Source: an uncultured Alphaproteobacteria bacterium
GTDB lineage: Bacteria; Pseudomonadota; Alphaproteobacteria; RF32; CAG-239
NCBI GenBank assembly: GCA_944393715.1
Contig: CALYBB010000039.1
Location: forward strand, 1 to 60,284
Length of the DNA: 60,284 nucleotides
Direction: 5' to 3'
A program made the position numbers and the translations under genes. Below, piece after piece: positions 34,354 through 43,481 of the stretch. The number at the start of each line of letters is the position of its first letter. Positions within the stretch are counted from its first letter, which is position 1. Under the pieces are notes generated by a model. It was not told where the DNA came from, did not search any database, and saw only the letters and a list, made by a program, of their open reading frames with translations.

Positions 34354-37300
34354 ATGAGCAAAGAACCGCTAACGCATTCTGAAAAATACGTCAAAAAGAC
34401 CAATACCATCATTTTGATGATTGGTCTTTCCTCTTTATTGATTTTTATTTTCGGGCTTGTTCTTTTGATTAAAAGCGGCGATGAAATTGCCGAATACGAA
34501 GATCCTGTTTTTACCGACAATGCAGATGTTTTTGACGACATTCCGACGGTTGAAAACACTCAAAGTATAGAATTTTCGACAATGGACGGCGAAATTCCTT
34601 TGACGACCACGCCGGATCCGGTACCGATGGGCGAAGTCGTTTTGGGAACCGATGCCAAAAACGTCCTGACTTTGGGGACAAACGGCAAAGCATCTGTCAA
34701 AATTGTTTCGGTAGAATTGGCTGAACCGCCGGCAGCAGGATTTGCTTTTAATGATAATTGTTCGGGGCTGACATTAACAGGAGACGAAACCTGCCATATA
34801 ACCATGAGCTGGGCGCCGGTTATTGCGGGTAATGTCCAAAATAACTTTATTATATCCTGGCATGAACTTAATTTAGGTAAAGACAGCGTCAAAGCGGCTA
34901 AAGTCCCTGTAACCGGCAATGCGGTAACGCAGGAAGATTGTAACTATTGCGAGCCGTTGCCTGGCGAAACGGCGGCGCAGGATGTTAAAGGTGTTCGCTA
35001 TGCTATAGGTCCCGATGGCAAGATCATCGGCATGATTGACGAAGACGGCTATGTTCGGGATGCCAACGGCAATATCATTGGTAGAGTCGGGGCAGATGGC
35101 CTTATCCTTGATGAAAACGGCAATGTTCTGGGTGTCGCCGAAAACCGTCGGGCAGTGTATGATGAGTTTGGCAATTTAATCGGTTATGCCAATCCCGACG
35201 GAACCGTGGTTGATTTAGACGGCAATGTTATTGGACGAATGCTTCCTGACGGAACCGTGGTTGATCTGAATGGCAATCCCATAGGCCGTGCGGTAGAAAC
35301 CGGTTTTGTTTATGATGAAAACGGCAATATTATCGGTCGTGTTTTGCCGGATGGAACGGTCGTAGACATGAATGGCAATGTCATTGGCCGCGTTCAGCCG
35401 GATGGAACGGTGGTTGATTTAGAGGGTAATGTTATCGGTTCCGTAACCAAACCCGGACGTGTTGCCGTTGATGAAAATGGACGGGTTCTTGGTGTCGTTC
35501 TGCCGGACGGCAGTGTCGTGGATGCCAACGGCAATGTCGTCGGCCACATGGATGAAAACGGCAATGTCCTCGCTAAAAATTCGCCATTGAATGGCAAAAA
35601 AATGCGCGTAGCTTATGATGCCAACGGCAATGTCATCGGTTATATTGATGAAAACGGGAATTTGGTTGATGCCAATGGCAACATCATTGGCAAGATGCTT
35701 CCGGACGGCACGGTTGTTGATTTGGATGGCAATGTTATTGGTTATGCAGGCGAAGAAATAGTTTTTGATGCTGAGGGCAATATCGTCGGCAGACTGGTTT
35801 CCTTTGATAAAATAGCCATCACGCCCCAAGGAACATTGCTGGGCGAACTGCAAAATGACGGTTCAATCGAAAATGAACAACAGCAAGTCGTCGGAAGAGC
35901 CTTGCCAAACGGACTGGTTAAAGATATTAACGGTTCAAAAGTCATTGCCAAGATGGTTAGAGCCGGCAGTATCATTGGTTATGGCTGTAATAGAATAGGC
36001 TATCTGGATAAAGACGGCAAAATTAAAAAAGGCAACGAAGAAACCAATTATAAAATTACGCCAGAAGGCATTGTTATTGATGCCGAAGGCAGATATATAG
36101 GTGAAACGCTCCGCTCGGGGAGAGTATTTGATAACCAGTGTAATTTTTTAGGGACGGTTGACAATGCAGGAATAGTCAAAGATTTGAACAACCGGTATAT
36201 TGGTTGCGTTAATCCAGATGGCAGCGTTTTAAACGAAAAAGGTGAATTTATAGGAGCAGTAGGACGTAGCGGTGCCGCCGTTGATCTGAATGGCAAATAT
36301 CTTGGCGAGGTTAATATAAATAATGTTGTTATCAACGAAGCCAAGCTTCCCGTAGGTTGTGTCGGTTTGTTAGGGGATGTATTCAACAGCAAAGGTGTTT
36401 ATATCGGCAGAGTTTTGGATGAAAGGCATGCTTTTTCCAATACCGGTGAATATATAAATCGGATAGACAACAAGGCAAAGGTGCGTATCTACGGCAAACC
36501 ATCCGCTGTTTTATCAGCCAATGATTTGGTGTTGGATGAAAATAATCAGATTTTGGGAGTGGCCATGCCGTCGCGGACAACGATCATCAGTTCAGACGGA
36601 AAATTGATCGGTCGGCTTTTTCCCGACGGACAAATTTATGACGCCAAAGGTGTCCCTCAGGGAAGCCTGCGCAACGGTGGCCTAAGTATTTATAATAATG
36701 TTTACGGAGCTCCGTCTCCAGAAGGAGAAGTCATTAATCTGCAGGGTAGCGTTATCGGTATTGCGGTTGATTCCGGAGATGTCTTCAGCCGCTACGGCGA
36801 CAGAGTGGGAAAGGTTAATGCCAAAGGCGAATATTTTAACCAGCGCGGCGAATATCAGGGGGCTGTTGTAACCAAGGGCGCGGCAATCGGTTATGATGGC
36901 TCGTATATTGGCTATGCCGTATCAGACGGCAGCGTAGTCAATCTTGAAGGCGAAAAAATTGCATCAACGACGCATGATAAAAAAGTGCTGAATAATAAAA
37001 AAGAGGTTATCGGCGAGGTAATTCCCGAAGGCATAATGACTGATGCCATGGGAAATTACAAAGGCCTTTTAAATTCGCTCGGGGATGTTACCGATTTGAA
37101 AGGAGAGATTATCACGGCCATTTTACCAGGAGGCAGCAGCGACAAGAATTTGAATTTGCTTCGTTCTGGATTCGTGATTGATTTTGGTGGTCAGGTCATA
37201 GGCGCGGTTGCCCCAAATGGATCTGTCGCTAGTCCCGAGGGGATTACTTTGGGTAAAGTTTTGCCGGACGGTAATATTATCAGCATCTCAGGCAAATTAA

Positions 37301-37653
37301 TCGGAGAAGTTGTCTTTGGAGATATAGTTATATCCAATAATGATAAAGTTGTGGGTTATGTAAATTTTGATGGCAAAATTGTCGGTAAAGATGCTACTAT
37401 AATCGGCAGAATATTGTCTGGAGGACTGGCGGTTGATATGAATGATCGTATCTTAGGAAAAGTTTATCCGATCGGGGCGACGATTCTCGGAAATGACGGT
37501 CAGTATATTGGCCGGTTAACACATGAAGGAAGTGTTGTTGACGCTACCGGCAATAACATCGGTTATGTCAAGAACAACGGCTCTTTCATAGATTTGGATA
37601 AAAAAGTTTCCGGCTATGTTTTGGGAGAGGTTGCCAAAAACCGAAGGAATTAA
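34354..37653 (+). CDS. Membrane-anchored 1099-aa protein made largely of 17-residue (D/N)G-x-V-x-D-x-x-G-x-x-I-G repeats
   Basis: The N-terminal TM is IILMIGLSSLLIFIFGLVLLI. A ~150-aa non-repeat region is followed by dozens of consecutive 17-aa units, for example RMLPDGTVVDLNGNPIG, RAVETGFVYDENGNIIG, RVLPDGTVVDMNGNVIG and RVQPDGTVVDLEGNVIG. The repeat family is the same as in the downstream VirB10. Confidence 0.75.
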   Translation: MSKEPLTHSEKYVKKTNTIILMIGLSSLLIFIFGLVLLIKSGDEIAEYEDPVFTDNADVFDDIPTVENTQSIEFSTMDGEIPLTTTPDPVPMGEVVLGTDAKNVLTLGTNGKASVKIVSVELAEPPAAGFAFNDNCSGLTLTGDETCHITMSWAPVIAGNVQNNFIISWHELNLGKDSVKAAKVPVTGNAVTQEDCNYCEPLPGETAAQDVKGVRYAIGPDGKIIGMIDEDGYVRDANGNIIGRVGADGLILDENGNVLGVAENRRAVYDEFGNLIGYANPDGTVVDLDGNVIGRMLPDGTVVDLNGNPIGRAVETGFVYDENGNIIGRVLPDGTVVDMNGNVIGRVQPDGTVVDLEGNVIGSVTKPGRVAVDENGRVLGVVLPDGSVVDANGNVVGHMDENGNVLAKNSPLNGKKMRVAYDANGNVIGYIDENGNLVDANGNIIGKMLPDGTVVDLDGNVIGYAGEEIVFDAEGNIVGRLVSFDKIAITPQGTLLGELQNDGSIENEQQQVVGRALPNGLVKDINGSKVIAKMVRAGSIIGYGCNRIGYLDKDGKIKKGNEETNYKITPEGIVIDAEGRYIGETLRSGRVFDNQCNFLGTVDNAGIVKDLNNRYIGCVNPDGSVLNEKGEFIGAVGRSGAAVDLNGKYLGEVNINNVVINEAKLPVGCVGLLGDVFNSKGVYIGRVLDERHAFSNTGEYINRIDNKAKVRIYGKPSAVLSANDLVLDENNQILGVAMPSRTTIISSDGKLIGRLFPDGQIYDAKGVPQGSLRNGGLSIYNNVYGAPSPEGEVINLQGSVIGIAVDSGDVFSRYGDRVGKVNAKGEYFNQRGEYQGAVVTKGAAIGYDGSYIGYAVSDGSVVNLEGEKIASTTHDKKVLNNKKEVIGEVIPEGIMTDAMGNYKGLLNSLGDVTDLKGEIITAILPGGSSDKNLNLLRSGFVIDFGGQVIGAVAPNGSVASPEGITLGKVLPDGNIISISGKLIGEVVFGDIVISNNDKVVGYVNFDGKIVGKDATIIGRILSGGLAVDMNDRILGKVYPIGATILGNDGQYIGRLTHEGSVVDATGNNIGYVKNNGSFIDLDKKVSGYVLGEVAKNRRN
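34990..37630 (+). repeat. 51-nt-period coding tandem repeat array (17-aa units)
   Basis: The GNxIG / PDGTVVD periodicity is visible throughout the translated ORF. The most regular stretch is about 35150-35460. Confidence 0.8.
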
Positions 37654-37656
37654 TAA

Positions 37657-40600
37657 ATGAATTTGGTAAAGAGGCTGAAAAAACAATTTTTTTTGTGGGC
37701 GGGCAGATTCCTGATTCTGGCTCTGTTTTTGTGTGCCTGTTCGGCAGCCAATGCACAAGAGATTACGGCAATAAATTTTAACGGGGAGCCTTTGGGCAAA
37801 GTAATTCCGGATGGCAAGGTCGTAAGCTTTGACAACCGGTTGTTGGGCAATGTTACGGCCGACAGCTTGATCATAGGCACAAGCGGCGAGCTTATCGGCG
37901 GCGTTGTGCCGCAAGGCGTGGCAATTGGCAACGATGCGCGTCTTTTAGGTAAAGTCGGCAGTGATGGCCTGATCCGCAGTTCTTCGGGACAGGTCTTAGG
38001 AAAAGCTTTGCCAAACGGACTGGTGGTTAACGAATATTTTGATGTCCTAGGACAAATTATTTTTCCGGGTTTGGTTTATAATGATGAAGGAAAAGTCTCG
38101 GGTCGTGTAACCGGCGACGGACTTTATACTGGTCTCGGCGGCCAGCAGATAGGTATCGTAACACCGGATGGTTACGCATATCGCAAAATTGGCAGCGATT
38201 ATATTTTGGACGGACGCCTGATCTCTTCCAAGATGGTTGTATCCTTGTCGGGTGAATTTATCGGCAGCGTTGTCCCTGGCGGCGAGGTAACGAATTTTAA
38301 CTCTGAGTTCATAGGGCGTCTGAAAGCCAACGGTTTCGTCTATAATGACGATGGCGGTATCATCGGCAAGATAGTTTCCTCCGGCTACGCTTTTGACAAT
38401 AACGGCTTTTACATAGGTTTCGTCAGTTATAATGGTGAAGTTATCAACAATAATCAAATTGTCGGCAGACTCCGTGCCGATGGAATGGTTGAAGACATTA
38501 ACGGCAATATAACGGGGCAATCGGTCGATTTTGCCGCCACAGCGACAGACTTAAAGGGACGTTATCTCGGACGTTTGCTGCCGGAAGGAAATTTAGCCAA
38601 AGGAACAACGTCGAATGGATTGGCTGCCGCTCGTGGGCAAATTACGGATGCATCGGGGAATGTTATTGGCAACCTGATAGCCACCGGCCCTGTTTTTGAT
38701 TACAAAGGTGAGTTGAAAGGACATGCTTTAAGTAATGGTTCAGTCATCTTGCTGAATGGTACGACAATCGGGTATATCATCGGTACAACAGCATACAATC
38801 TCTCAGGAACGGTTATCGGTTCAGTCCTCGGAACAAGAGCTGTTTATGCGGCGGATGGTTCATTTTTGGGTATAACAGGTATAACGCCGCTGGTTAACAA
38901 TAAAGGTGAAGGTGTATCTGTTTCGCCGCAAGGATATGTTTTTGACCAGTCCGGAGCAATAGCCGGTCGTTCTTTGCCCTTGCGTCCTTTTTATACGCCT
39001 TTTGGCACGGTTTCTTCCTATCTTGGTCTTGACGGAAAAGCCTTAAATGGTTCCGGAGCGGAATTTGGTCGCGTCGTCGGTTCTGGTTTTGTCCTTAATT
39101 CTCAAAATCAAATAACCGCCAGTAAAATCAATCAAAATTTAGCGCTTAACGCCTCTGGCCAAAAGATAGGTCTGATAGGCGGCGAAAATATTTTGCAAAA
39201 TAAGTCGTTGTCTCCGGTTGCCAAAATTCTTCCGGACGGCAGCGTCAGCGAAATCCGCGCCGGTAGCCTAAACTACATGCCCAAAGTCGGCGAAGCATAT
39301 ACCGCTGGAGCCGCTCTCGATTTCAATGGTGTTTCCTTGGGGTATGCGGATATGACGGGTAGCATCAATAATTCAAGCGGTGCCAAGATAGGCCGCGTTG
39401 TCGCCAGAGGTTTGGTAGAAGACAATAATGGCATCATTATTGGTTATTTGGCACCTTCGGGCGGTGTCAGCGATGATAAGTGCAATTTGCTCGGCGTGGT
39501 CTCTTCCGGCGGCGGAGTTTATAATTACCGCGGCGTATACGTCGGAAAATTACTTGAAAACGGTCAGGTTATCAGCGATAGCGGATCTTATTTGGGCACG
39601 GTAGCTCCGGATTCTCCGATAATAGACTTTAATGGCAGGGTCATCGGCTTCAGCTCTTATGATGGCAAAGCATATAATGAACTCAACGAGTTTATAGGAT
39701 GTCTTGATTTTCGGCACCAGCTGCGCAATGCAGACAATGCGCTCATTGGCAAAACCATAGATTATGAATCGGTTATAGGCTTTGACGGAAAAATTGTGGG
39801 CTATAGCATTATTAACGGACTGGTTGTTGACGAAAGCAACAATTTAGTGGGATATCAGCAACCGAATGATAATGTGAATACCAATGCGGGGCTCCCTCTG
39901 GGAACATTGTTTAAATACAAAATAGCATTCGGACTCGATAATAAATTTATCGGATATATCTCCAAAGATGGGCAGGTTTGGGGCAACAACGGGCAAGAAG
40001 TCGGAAAAATTGATTTTGAAGGTTATGTTGTTGCTGACGGACAAAAGATCGGTTATGCCCTCAATGATTTTTACGTCTATAATGCTGATGGTAAAGTTGC
40101 TGGCATCATCAGTCGCAACGGTGATGTATCAAGCTTTACCAATCAAAATCTCGGGAGGTTTGACAGAGGCTTTGTCTTAAAAGGCGATAAAGTTATCGCC
40201 CGAGGCAGCCGAGATTACAATATCAGGGACAACACTCATCTGGTTTTGGGGCAGCTGCAGCTGGACGGAAGAGTGCTGGATAACTTAAACAATGTTGTCG
40301 GCACTTTGTCGGCTGACGGCAGTATATTAAACGCCAATTCGGAAGCCATAGCCAAAGCTTCTCCTTTACAATTTTATAGTTTTTTGCAGCAACCAACGCG
40401 AAAGAAAATTTTTGACAAAGACGGCAATTTTATTGGCTATTTGGATGAAAACGGCAATTTGGTTGATGCCGACGGCAACATTATAAAACGTGCGGATGAA
40501 AAAGATCAAAATTTGCCGGCGGAGGATTCTCGTCAGGCTGTTTATGACGAAAATGGCAATTTGATAGGTTATATCAATCCTGATGGCACGATTGTTGATT

Positions 40601-42387
40601 TAGACGGCAATGTTATTGGTAAGATACTTCCTGACGGCACAATTGTTGATTTAGAAGGCAACGTTGTTGGCAAGATACTTCCCGATGGCACGATTGTTGA
40701 TCCGGATGGCAATGTTATCAGCAGAATCTCCGGCATGGATGTTTATGATACGCAAGAAAACAAGATAGGCGAAGTTGATGTCCAAGGGAATGTCGTAAGT
40801 GCCGATGGTAAAGTTATTGCCCGTCTCAACGAAAAAGGTGAAGCCGTTGATGCCAATGGCAACGTCATCGGCAGTGTTCGCCACAAGTGGTTTGACAGAT
40901 CGGATATTGTCTCGCTCGTCGACGACAAACCGGCGCTAAAAGAAGAAGATGTTTCGCCGGCTCTAAAACTTTTGGAAGATTCTAAATATTATAAGTCGCT
41001 TGGTATTGCCCTGACGCCAGATGGTGAATATTTGGGTGATATTTTGGAAAACGATACAGTTGTTGATAAGAACGGCAACATCATCGGCTACCGAATGCCG
41101 GACGGTCTGATTATAGATGAAGAAGGCAATCTTATAGGCACGGAAGATTTTGGCGACGATTATGCCGAAGATTCGGAAGGCAGTATTTTTGTTCCGGCAG
41201 GGACTTTTGGTCCTGGCGGCGCCTATGGTGTTGGTAATGGTCCGGCGGGGAATCTTGGCCCCGGCGGCGGCTATGGCCCAGGAGAAAGATATGATCCGAC
41301 GCGTCGTGCGGCATTGGATGCAGCCATGCAACAACGCCGGCAGAATATCAGCGTCGGCAAAATCAGCTCAGGTTATCGCAGGGAGGCCTTTGACGGATAT
41401 CAAAAAGATTGGTCGGAGCAGGGTATTCCAAAGTCAATTTCTTCGTGGCGGGTTGATATGAGCGAAATGATCTTTTCCGACAAACCGATACCGGCGGTCA
41501 TTGCTCGCGCGATTGATACCAACAATCCGGCGCCAATTACCGCTTACGTTGAACGCAATGTTTATGCTGAGGAGGGGCGCAATATTATTATTCCGGCAGG
41601 ATCACGCTTGATAGGAACTTTTGGCAGTATTACGGCTGCTGCCGAAGCGACATCGGAGTCTGCACGTGTTCAGATCAGCTGGGAACGTCTGATCCGACCG
41701 GATGGATCAATCTTTGTCTTTACCGGTCAAACGGCAGATGCTCAAGGACGCGCGGGAGCATTGGGCTATGTTGATCAACAGTTGTTCAAGAAATATACAT
41801 TGCCTGTCGTAACAACAGTCTTAACCTCGGGTGCATCCTATTTTATTGCTTCGGCTGATGATGCTGCCGGCGAAATAGAAACATCAAAACAACAGGCAGC
41901 CAACGATGCGCGTCAAAACTTTTTGGACGATATGGAATCATTGTTTGACGATATTTTGGCAGATAAAACGGACGTAAAAGCAATGACCTATATTCCTGCC
42001 GGTACACGTATCATTGTTTATCCGAATACCGATTTGTGGCTGCGGACGATTGAGCGTGATTCGGAAGAGTCCCAAAAATACCAAAAACCGGAAATCTTGA
42101 TTGATGATGTCAAAACACAACAAGAGGCTGAAGAAAAAGATCGCGCAGAGATTGCAAAGGCGGCCTCAAGCGGTCAGGTTGTCTATGATCCGGATCAAGT
42201 CGATGTCGAAGCGGTAAGAGGAGGAACGCCGCCGTTGATTGATGATACAGCGCCCAAAAAGACTGGAAACACGTTGGCGCCGCCTCCGCCGCCGGCTTCC
42301 GGAACTTTGCCTGCGGCCGGAACACCGACAGCAGCATCCGGCGAGGCATCAAGCTCAACCACTAGTAGTGTTCCAGCCTTGTTTTAA
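37657..42387 (+). CDS. virB10: Giant VirB10/TrbI-like protein (1576 aa) with ~1100-aa 17-residue repeat region
   Basis: The N-terminal TM is FFLWAGRFLILALFLCACSA. 17-aa repeats run from nt ~37765 to ~41150 (for example KILPDGTIVDLEGNVVG, KILPDGTIVDPDGNVIS). A Gly-rich linker follows. The canonical TrbI/VirB10 C-domain is IPAVIARAIDTNNPAPITAYVERNVYAEEGRNIIIPAGSRLIGTFGS...RVQISWERLIRPDGSIFVF...ADAQGRAGALGYVDQQLFKKY. The tail is Pro-rich. Confidence 0.85.
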   Translation: MNLVKRLKKQFFLWAGRFLILALFLCACSAANAQEITAINFNGEPLGKVIPDGKVVSFDNRLLGNVTADSLIIGTSGELIGGVVPQGVAIGNDARLLGKVGSDGLIRSSSGQVLGKALPNGLVVNEYFDVLGQIIFPGLVYNDEGKVSGRVTGDGLYTGLGGQQIGIVTPDGYAYRKIGSDYILDGRLISSKMVVSLSGEFIGSVVPGGEVTNFNSEFIGRLKANGFVYNDDGGIIGKIVSSGYAFDNNGFYIGFVSYNGEVINNNQIVGRLRADGMVEDINGNITGQSVDFAATATDLKGRYLGRLLPEGNLAKGTTSNGLAAARGQITDASGNVIGNLIATGPVFDYKGELKGHALSNGSVILLNGTTIGYIIGTTAYNLSGTVIGSVLGTRAVYAADGSFLGITGITPLVNNKGEGVSVSPQGYVFDQSGAIAGRSLPLRPFYTPFGTVSSYLGLDGKALNGSGAEFGRVVGSGFVLNSQNQITASKINQNLALNASGQKIGLIGGENILQNKSLSPVAKILPDGSVSEIRAGSLNYMPKVGEAYTAGAALDFNGVSLGYADMTGSINNSSGAKIGRVVARGLVEDNNGIIIGYLAPSGGVSDDKCNLLGVVSSGGGVYNYRGVYVGKLLENGQVISDSGSYLGTVAPDSPIIDFNGRVIGFSSYDGKAYNELNEFIGCLDFRHQLRNADNALIGKTIDYESVIGFDGKIVGYSIINGLVVDESNNLVGYQQPNDNVNTNAGLPLGTLFKYKIAFGLDNKFIGYISKDGQVWGNNGQEVGKIDFEGYVVADGQKIGYALNDFYVYNADGKVAGIISRNGDVSSFTNQNLGRFDRGFVLKGDKVIARGSRDYNIRDNTHLVLGQLQLDGRVLDNLNNVVGTLSADGSILNANSEAIAKASPLQFYSFLQQPTRKKIFDKDGNFIGYLDENGNLVDADGNIIKRADEKDQNLPAEDSRQAVYDENGNLIGYINPDGTIVDLDGNVIGKILPDGTIVDLEGNVVGKILPDGTIVDPDGNVISRISGMDVYDTQENKIGEVDVQGNVVSADGKVIARLNEKGEAVDANGNVIGSVRHKWFDRSDIVSLVDDKPALKEEDVSPALKLLEDSKYYKSLGIALTPDGEYLGDILENDTVVDKNGNIIGYRMPDGLIIDEEGNLIGTEDFGDDYAEDSEGSIFVPAGTFGPGGAYGVGNGPAGNLGPGGGYGPGERYDPTRRAALDAAMQQRRQNISVGKISSGYRREAFDGYQKDWSEQGIPKSISSWRVDMSEMIFSDKPIPAVIARAIDTNNPAPITAYVERNVYAEEGRNIIIPAGSRLIGTFGSITAAAEATSESARVQISWERLIRPDGSIFVFTGQTADAQGRAGALGYVDQQLFKKYTLPVVTTVLTSGASYFIASADDAAGEIETSKQQAANDARQNFLDDMESLFDDILADKTDVKAMTYIPAGTRIIVYPNTDLWLRTIERDSEESQKYQKPEILIDDVKTQQEAEEKDRAEIAKAASSGQVVYDPDQVDVEAVRGGTPPLIDDTAPKKTGNTLAPPPPPASGTLPAAGTPTAASGEASSSTTSSVPALF
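37765..41150 (+). repeat. 51-nt-period coding tandem repeat array inside virB10
   Basis: The consensus is the same as in the array at 34990-37630. Near-identical adjacent 51-nt units lie at about 40620-40720. Confidence 0.8.
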
Positions 42388-42399
42388 GGAGTTGAAAGC

Positions 42400-43368
42400 A
42401 TGAGTTTCACCGTTTTGGAATCTGTTTTAAGGCCTCTTGCTTACTGGTATCAACAGGAGGGCATTGAAGAAGTCGCAATTAACCATGCTGGCGAGGTTTG
42501 GTTGCGCCTTCGAGGCAAAAGGGCGTATCCGTGGACAGCATATAAAGATGAAAAGCTGACTAAAGAATATCTGACGGATCTGTTATACATTATAGCCAAT
42601 ACCTACGAACTGCCGTTTGATCCGATTCAGGGCAACCCCGTGGTTTATGCAACCATCCCCGGCGAACACCGATTTTCGGCGATTTGTGGTAAAAATGTCA
42701 TGTACGACAATAACGACCTGACAGGCGGTATTGCGCTGACGATTCGTGTCCATGCCGACGATGTTGCATTTGGTCTGGGGGACTATGGCCTAATGCAGGG
42801 AGAGAAATTGCATAAAATCAATCCGCTAAAAGATATTAAAGAACCGGAAGATCCGTATGAGCGGTTGCTTTTGAGTATAAAGCGCGGCGATCATATTTTA
42901 GTTTCTGGAGCCACCTCAACCGGCAAAACAACTTTCCTAAACAATTTGCTGAAGATTTTAGACATCAACAAACGCATTTTAACTATTGAAGATACGCGAG
43001 AGCTTATTGTGCCGCACAAAAATCGTGTGCATATTACGTTGTCCCGTACCGAACAAACCAATGCCCTGAATTATGCCAAAGTCATTGATTTGGTCGTGCG
43101 CTTTACGCCTGATGCAATCATCGGTGGCGAAATATCAACCACTAATGCCGGTGCAATTTGGGAGTTGATGGGATCCGGACATGATAACTGCCTAGCCACG
43201 ATTCACGCCGAAAGTTCCGAAGCCGCCTATCAGGCTTTTACAGACCGTATTTTGCATACCTATCCGACTATTGACCGCAACAAAACCATTGAAGAAATGC
43301 GGCAAAAGCTTCGGGTTGTGCAAATTAACCGCGATGGCAATTTGCGCACTGTGACGGAAATTACTTAA
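42400..43368 (+). CDS. virB11: VirB11-family T4SS ATPase
   Basis: AAGGAG serves as RBS. The 322-aa protein has Walker A VSGATSTGKTTFLN, then RILTIEDTRELI, PDAIIGGEIS and the His box GHDNCLATIHA. Confidence 0.9.
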   Translation: MSFTVLESVLRPLAYWYQQEGIEEVAINHAGEVWLRLRGKRAYPWTAYKDEKLTKEYLTDLLYIIANTYELPFDPIQGNPVVYATIPGEHRFSAICGKNVMYDNNDLTGGIALTIRVHADDVAFGLGDYGLMQGEKLHKINPLKDIKEPEDPYERLLLSIKRGDHILVSGATSTGKTTFLNNLLKILDINKRILTIEDTRELIVPHKNRVHITLSRTEQTNALNYAKVIDLVVRFTPDAIIGGEISTTNAGAIWELMGSGHDNCLATIHAESSEAAYQAFTDRILHTYPTIDRNKTIEEMRQKLRVVQINRDGNLRTVTEIT

Positions 43369-43376
43369 AAAAGTGC

Positions 43377-43403
43377 AAGAGGCTTATAAAGAGCCTCTTT
43401 TTT
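43377..43403 (+). terminator. Rho-independent terminator after virB11
   Basis: AAGAGGCT (43377-43384) / AGCCTCTT (43392-43399), a 7-nt loop, with a T-run through 43403. Confidence 0.7.
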
Positions 43404-43481
43404 CATATTTATTAACTCTAAATTTACAAGACATAGTCTACAATAGGCGAGTATGGAAAAATTTAACTTGTCGGCAAGATA

